This document shows positions 58,503-64,000 of a stretch of DNA of 64,000 bases, piece by piece. Under the pieces are notes generated by a model that was not told the origin of the DNA, did no database searches, and saw only the letters and a list, made by a program, of their open reading frames with translations. The position numbers and the translations under genes are program-made. Source of the stretch: Eledone cirrhosa (lineage: Eukaryota); contig OZ024741.1 of NCBI GenBank assembly GCA_964016885.1, positions 203,050,001-203,114,000 on the forward strand. Direction: 5' to 3'. Position 1 is the first letter of the stretch. The number at the start of each line of letters is the position of its first letter.

Positions 58503-59259
58503 CAAAGATCTTACGTTCTACACAGTTGTAACAAATGATCGCAAATGTAAACATACATTTATACAAAAACATGAACAATTATATAACCTCTATAGATTTA
58601 CGTAAACACACACACAAAACACACACTGTATATAGAGTGGTCACTGCAGATACAGAAACCAAGAAAATTACGGCTGCAGCCTGATGACGTCAGTTGCCTC
58701 AGTACTCGTAAATACTAGAGGTTTGGTTAATGTTATGCATGGGAGTCTGTGTTTTTATGTAGTTCTAAAGGGTGTGGTTATTTTTTTTTTGCGTTTTCTG
58801 GTGTGGTATAATATGTAATATGTTAGATTGGATTTAGGTGTAGGCATGCTATTTCTTTATTGGGCAGCGTTGGTTTGGAGTCACTTTGTTTGCGTTTATG
58901 ATAGGGTGTTTAATAGTTATAACATAATAGATAAATTCATCCATAAGTTAAATAATTACATTCATATACACAATACACATTTTCCCATTAGAAAATGAAA
59001 TATCTAATTATTCAGTAACAAAAGCAGCAACAATAAGGATATATTTTGATTACTCGAAAATTCTTTTATTGAAATAAACTAAAAATTCAACTTTTTTGTG
59101 TGGATTAATTTACCTCATCTAAGCTCCGTGAATTGTATTATTTATATTTGAATATTTAATTCCTTTGTTACAATGTTTCTAATGAAATAAACTACATATG
59201 AATTATCGTCTTTATTGGCGTATAACACACACATTCCCCCGAAAATTCTTCTCCTTCGC

Positions 59260-59800
59260 CCAGTGATTCCTGAGAAGGTTGTAGGGCAGTGTCCTCAAAC
59301 ACACCTTCCAGCGGGTCATGTCAGAAGTAACCGTCTCCAATTGATCCGGCTGGATCTCCTGTCGGTTGGTTCCGTCCGTAAAATAAGTCCAGCCATTCTT
59401 TCCTTTGACATTCTAACCACATGCCTATAGTATCGGAGTTGTGATCTCTCAATTTAGAGAAATAGCAGATCTGTCCTAAGCGACTCTCTGATCCCTGAGC
59501 TACGCACTCTTTAGAGTAGCATTACTCCAAAGACCCTTCGGAAGGACCCCATTTCGGCCACTTGTGTCCGCGATCGTATTCTTTAGGTCATTACTCAAGA
59601 TTCCTGACCATAGGTAAGGGTTGGCACGAGTACCAAATTGAGGATAGCGAGTTAAGCTTCTACACCTATCTCCTTTCTTCTGGTGACCGAATGTTGAAAC
59701 TGGTGCATTACTGCACCAGTTCATGCAATTCTTGCACTTAATTCAGTCTTCTGCCTTCCATCACTCGTGATCACGACCGCAAGAAATTTGAATCACTTCA
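59260..59800 (-). mobile_element. RTE-clade LINE fragment, same family as 49195-49590
   Basis: The reverse complement matches the 'gagagatcacaactccgatactat...gtggttagaatgtc' tail. Confidence 0.8.
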
Positions 59801-61499
59801 CATACTTTGTACATACTTAAAGTTGAATGGACCTATACCAGTCTATATAAAATGGTGTGATCTCTGTGTGTGTATGAGTGTGTGTGTGCGTATGTGTATG
59901 TATGTATATATGTATGCATGTGTGTATGTGTGTCTGTGTGTATATGTGTATATGTGTGTGTGTGTATGTGTCTGTGTGTGTATGTGTGTGTATTATTTTC
60001 TAGGTATGGAGGAAGCTGTTTGTGCCTATGACATTTAAGATTGATACAGTTGATGTTCAATTTAAATAGTTGCAGGCCAACTCCTGTAGGAAAGACATGT
60101 GCATGGAGAAGATTCCGAAGGGACAACATGCTGGGAGAAAAGCCTGGTGGTAAATGGATACAATATGGTTGATAAGAGGAGCGATGAATGAGGCAAAAGT
60201 GTCTGGGTGAAGATGGTACGTTGTCAGCCAGATGTGAGGAGGAAAGGACATTGTAGTTGCGGTAGAAACGGCAGAAGGAGGAGACACCATATCTGTGGAC
60301 TTGTGTGAGAATCTTTACTCAAATTCATCAGGCTCCCGTTTTCTGGGTGCTGCCTCCGATGTCATATCAGCACCACCGCCTCAGATATGGAACTAGTACT
60401 CTCATGTGAGTCTAATGTGAGATCTTTAGCTTTAGTATTTCTTTTGTGTACGATAGTTTTTTTTTTTATAATAGTGACTGTATCTTTGTGTCGTTGAAAG
60501 CCACAAGGTTGATCTAGCTCCATTCGAGGGGGTTTTCAAAGTCTCTTATTTATTGAGTGTGTACAGGTTTAACATTAAATATTCAGATTGCACGTGGAAG
60601 ACGCTTGGATGCTGAAAACGAGGGACGGATAACGGTTGGTATCATCTAAGTAGGAATTGGTGTTGTTAGAAATGACGATAAGTTATGGATGTATATGTGG
60701 TAGAGTGTGGGAAGAAATGTTTGTCTGTAGAGTGCCGGCGAAGATGTGGTTAGAGGGAGTGAGAGACGGGCGTGGGTGGGGTGAGAAAGAGAAAGAGAGT
60801 GAGAGAGAGAGAGCGCGAAGACAAAATAGTCTGAGTTAGATGCACCTCTACACAGAAAACATAAAAGCAAGACAATCGAATTACAAACATACTTAAAGTA
60901 CTTACAGATTATCCTACAAGTAACAGATATATAATTACAATAGAGTACTTAAAGATAACCAGAGTACTCACAAATACTCAGAGTACTCATAAATACTCAC
61001 TTATATAGTTACTAGAAATATAACAGCAATGGAGTGACATACTCGAATTCCCAAATACGCACACATTTAGTTACCAGAGTCAGAACAAAAATGGTATGGC
61101 AAACATTACATTGGAGCCTTCATGAATCATTCAGGTGGTATCTGGGCTCTAAATCCCAGTACAGCATATCTTAAACCCCTCTAGAGCATATCACAATAAA
61201 CTAGAGAGAACAAAAAACAACTTTCTACACTCCATTGTATATTGTTTAAAAGCCACACCCATACACCACCTGCGCAAAGATAAAAAATTAGGAAATATGA
61301 AAGACCACACGGACATGCACAGGGCACAGTTTATTGCTACAACAAACTTCCACCTTTTATCGTCTCTTTCACTGCCTAAACAATCACCCCACTCACCCAG
61401 ACATTTACATACCCAAACACACACGCATACACTCACACACAGTTGTATCACGATTGTTGTGGAAATTTGCAGTTGAGGAAATTTGCAGATTTTCATATT

Positions 61500-61862
61500 T
61501 AACTTGATGCAGTCATAGTGACGTTTTGTACTTTTCAAAAATATCTTGCTAATTCGGGTTCATGCATTTTGTTAATTCATATGTTTATAGTAACACTAGT
61601 GGGCTTATTTTTGTGAAGGTTTGCACTAAACCCAACACTTTAATATTTAATGCGATGCAGTTATAGTGCTGTTTCGTACCTTTCCAGAATGTTTTGATAA
61701 TATAATTTATGTTTTATTAATTGAAATATTTATAGTATATTTACTAGTGGGCAGATTGCTTTGAATATTTGCAGTATTAGCGTAAAGACTTTAATCTTTA
61801 ATGTAATGCAGTCATAATGCAGTTTTGTAATTATCAAGAATATTTTGCTAATAAAGTTTCAT
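61500..61862. repeat. ~150-bp degenerate tandem repeat, about 2.5 units
   Basis: 'atgcagt(c/t)ata' at about 61507, 61656 and 61806, with 'actagtgggc' recurring. Confidence 0.65.
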
Positions 61863-63474
61863 GTAGTACAGGGCATTAAGAGTTAATATGTATATCGCAA
61901 TTAAATTATGGTGACATGTTCCCTACATAATTATGTCATATGCATAATTGTGTAACAGGATTATGTTGAACCCAAAAATATAATGGAAGAATATAGAGAA
62001 AATAGAAAATTCGATTTGGGGACAGCCTGCAAATATGGGATTATGTCAATAGCAGACGGTCCCCGAATTTGGGGACCGTCTGCTATCCATATAACACCAA
62101 AGTAGCAGGCTGTGTACGAATCGAATTTTCTATTTTCTATTTTTTTCTATTTATTATCATCTACTCTCTGATTTAATCCTGTTACATAATTCTGCAAATA
62201 ACACCTGATGCGATCACCTTGTCTTGCATCATAATCGGATGAGGGAGTTGAACCATCGAAATATGTATTGTAATTTCGCTGAATTAAAATTCTAGCCTTC
62301 TGTTGTTGCTTTAGTGAATATTTTACTCCGTTTCTGCACCAACCACTGGATACCGCATCTACTATGGAAGACTTGCATAACGTTGAGTGCTTTAATTAAT
62401 TTGTTGCATCATCGCTTAGCAGCCAGAACCCCCAGTTCTACCCATTGGTAAGCAATCTAAAACGCACACGCGCACACATACCCCCCCCCCCCCCCCCATA
62501 TATATATATATATATTCGCTCGAATCTAGCTGTCGAAACGGCCGAGGCTCAGCTGCCGGGGTCCCGAATCTTTTCATATATATATATATGGGGGTGCGAA
62601 TGAGGCGGGGTGTAGTTGATTCCACAACAATTTCCAAATCATACTAGAGAACATGTGTTTCACCTAAAGAGGATTTTTCGATAATATTAATGAAAATTAT
62701 TGTGTATAGTGCTTTAGGAGCATTGAGCAGATTATGAATTTTGAATACGTTACCTTAAAGTTAACAGCTTCAACGCAGGTTTTTTTACTATGAATAGACT
62801 AACAAAATGTGAATATAAGTCACCCCCAATTTTTTACTGTCTCTAGGGGTTATATGCCCAACCTGTTAGACTATATATAAGCACACAGGAGAAACTCCAG
62901 AGTAGCGAGTCAAGGCTTGACCCTAATAAAGGGTGTATGTTTATGTATTTATGTATACATAGAGAGTGAGAGAGATTTATATAGGGTAAGGGAGGAGATT
63001 GATAAGTTTCTCTACATATAGCCTCCAATATTCTTTATGTATTTTTACTTTTCATTTGTATTTTGTTTGTTTGTTTTATATATTTTCTTATTTCTCTTTT
63101 ATTTCATTAAAAAAGTAAGCGTTATCTCAATTTTTTTTTGAGGGAGGGTGGTTCTATTAAGGGTTTTTTCTTTACTCCCCCCATCTATAGTCTTCACATT
63201 CACTCCTCTCTTTTATACTTCGTTTATAGCCACCACTCCACTCAACCCTTCCTTTTTTCTTCTTATGCCTTCCTTCATACCTACCCCACCCTTTAGTCTT
63301 TTCTACCCCCACCCTCTCTCATACAACATTTATGACCACCGCTCCAGCCACCCACCACTCATCCTCTCCAGAATTAGTATTTTTTATTTTTGCTTTTCAC
63401 AACGAATCTTCAAAACAACTTACGTTCTTTCACTTCCGGTACAGACTTCTAATACAGGCTCCCTTCTTTATCAT

Positions 63475-63691
63475 GATACTACTACCACCTACACCACTAC
63501 CACAACTACTACTGTTGCTTCTGCTGCTACTGATACCCCCAACATCATCACCACCACCACCACCACCACCTCCTCCTCATTTACTTCTGCTCCTCCTGCT
63601 GCTGCTGCTGCTGCTATTACTACTACTACTACTACTACTAATAATAATAATAATAATGCTACTGCTGCTGCTTCTGCTGCTGCTGCTGCTG

Positions 63692-63738
<47 letters not shown>

Positions 63739-63748
63739 GCTCCTGCTG

Positions 63749-63804
<56 letters not shown>

Positions 63805-63805
63805 G
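63475..63805. repeat. Compound trinucleotide microsatellite (CTA/CTG/CAC/TAA)
   Basis: Seen directly in the sequence. Confidence 0.95.
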
Positions 63806-64000
63806 TTCACAGAGATCTAAATAAGAGAATAACTCGTAGTAGCCGTCCGCTATGGTGGTTTGCTTTCATAAACGCCACCTCCATCAAAACGACCCCGACG
63901 CCACCACCTCCTCATCACTTTTATTGCTATAATTATTTCGAAACAAAAACAAAAAGTATAAAAATAAAAATAAAAGAAAACGTTAAAAAGTAAAAACAAT

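Noticed and set aside
63148-63993. 281-aa Thr/Ala-rich ORF resembling a mucin
   Set aside because: It is explained by compound trinucleotide repeats. The flanks show no coding features.

Overview
AT-rich, microsatellite-saturated eukaryotic DNA with no recognisable host gene. The dominant SINE family and the overall repeat landscape resemble those of octopod cephalopods (inference from recalled SINE consensus, not a search). Conventional repeats are two Tx1/L1-clade LINE remnants, RTE-clade 3' fragments, a decayed Tc1/mariner element, many tRNA-derived SINEs (some stacked at one target site) and very long (TA)n/(CA)n tracts. Most ORFs in the track are microsatellite artefacts. The main signal is a Penelope-like element (PLE) system that inserts at (TA)n tracts. 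It includes one near full-length, frameshifted RT + GIY-YIG PLE (52.0-55.4 kb), roughly 20 intact or decayed minimal type-I hammerhead ribozyme (HHR) motifs read by eye, and at least ten cassettes built as [inverted copy of 3' tail]-[variable middle]-[tail, usually with HHR]-(TA)n. One cassette carries about 640 bp of sense-strand 28S rRNA, suggesting that a PLE RT template-jumped onto a cellular RNA. Another is a 467-bp non-coding unit bounded by two identical HHRs (retrozyme-like). One HHR family has a compensatory U3-A8 core (UUGAAAA). Coordinates were read manually and may be off by a few bases.
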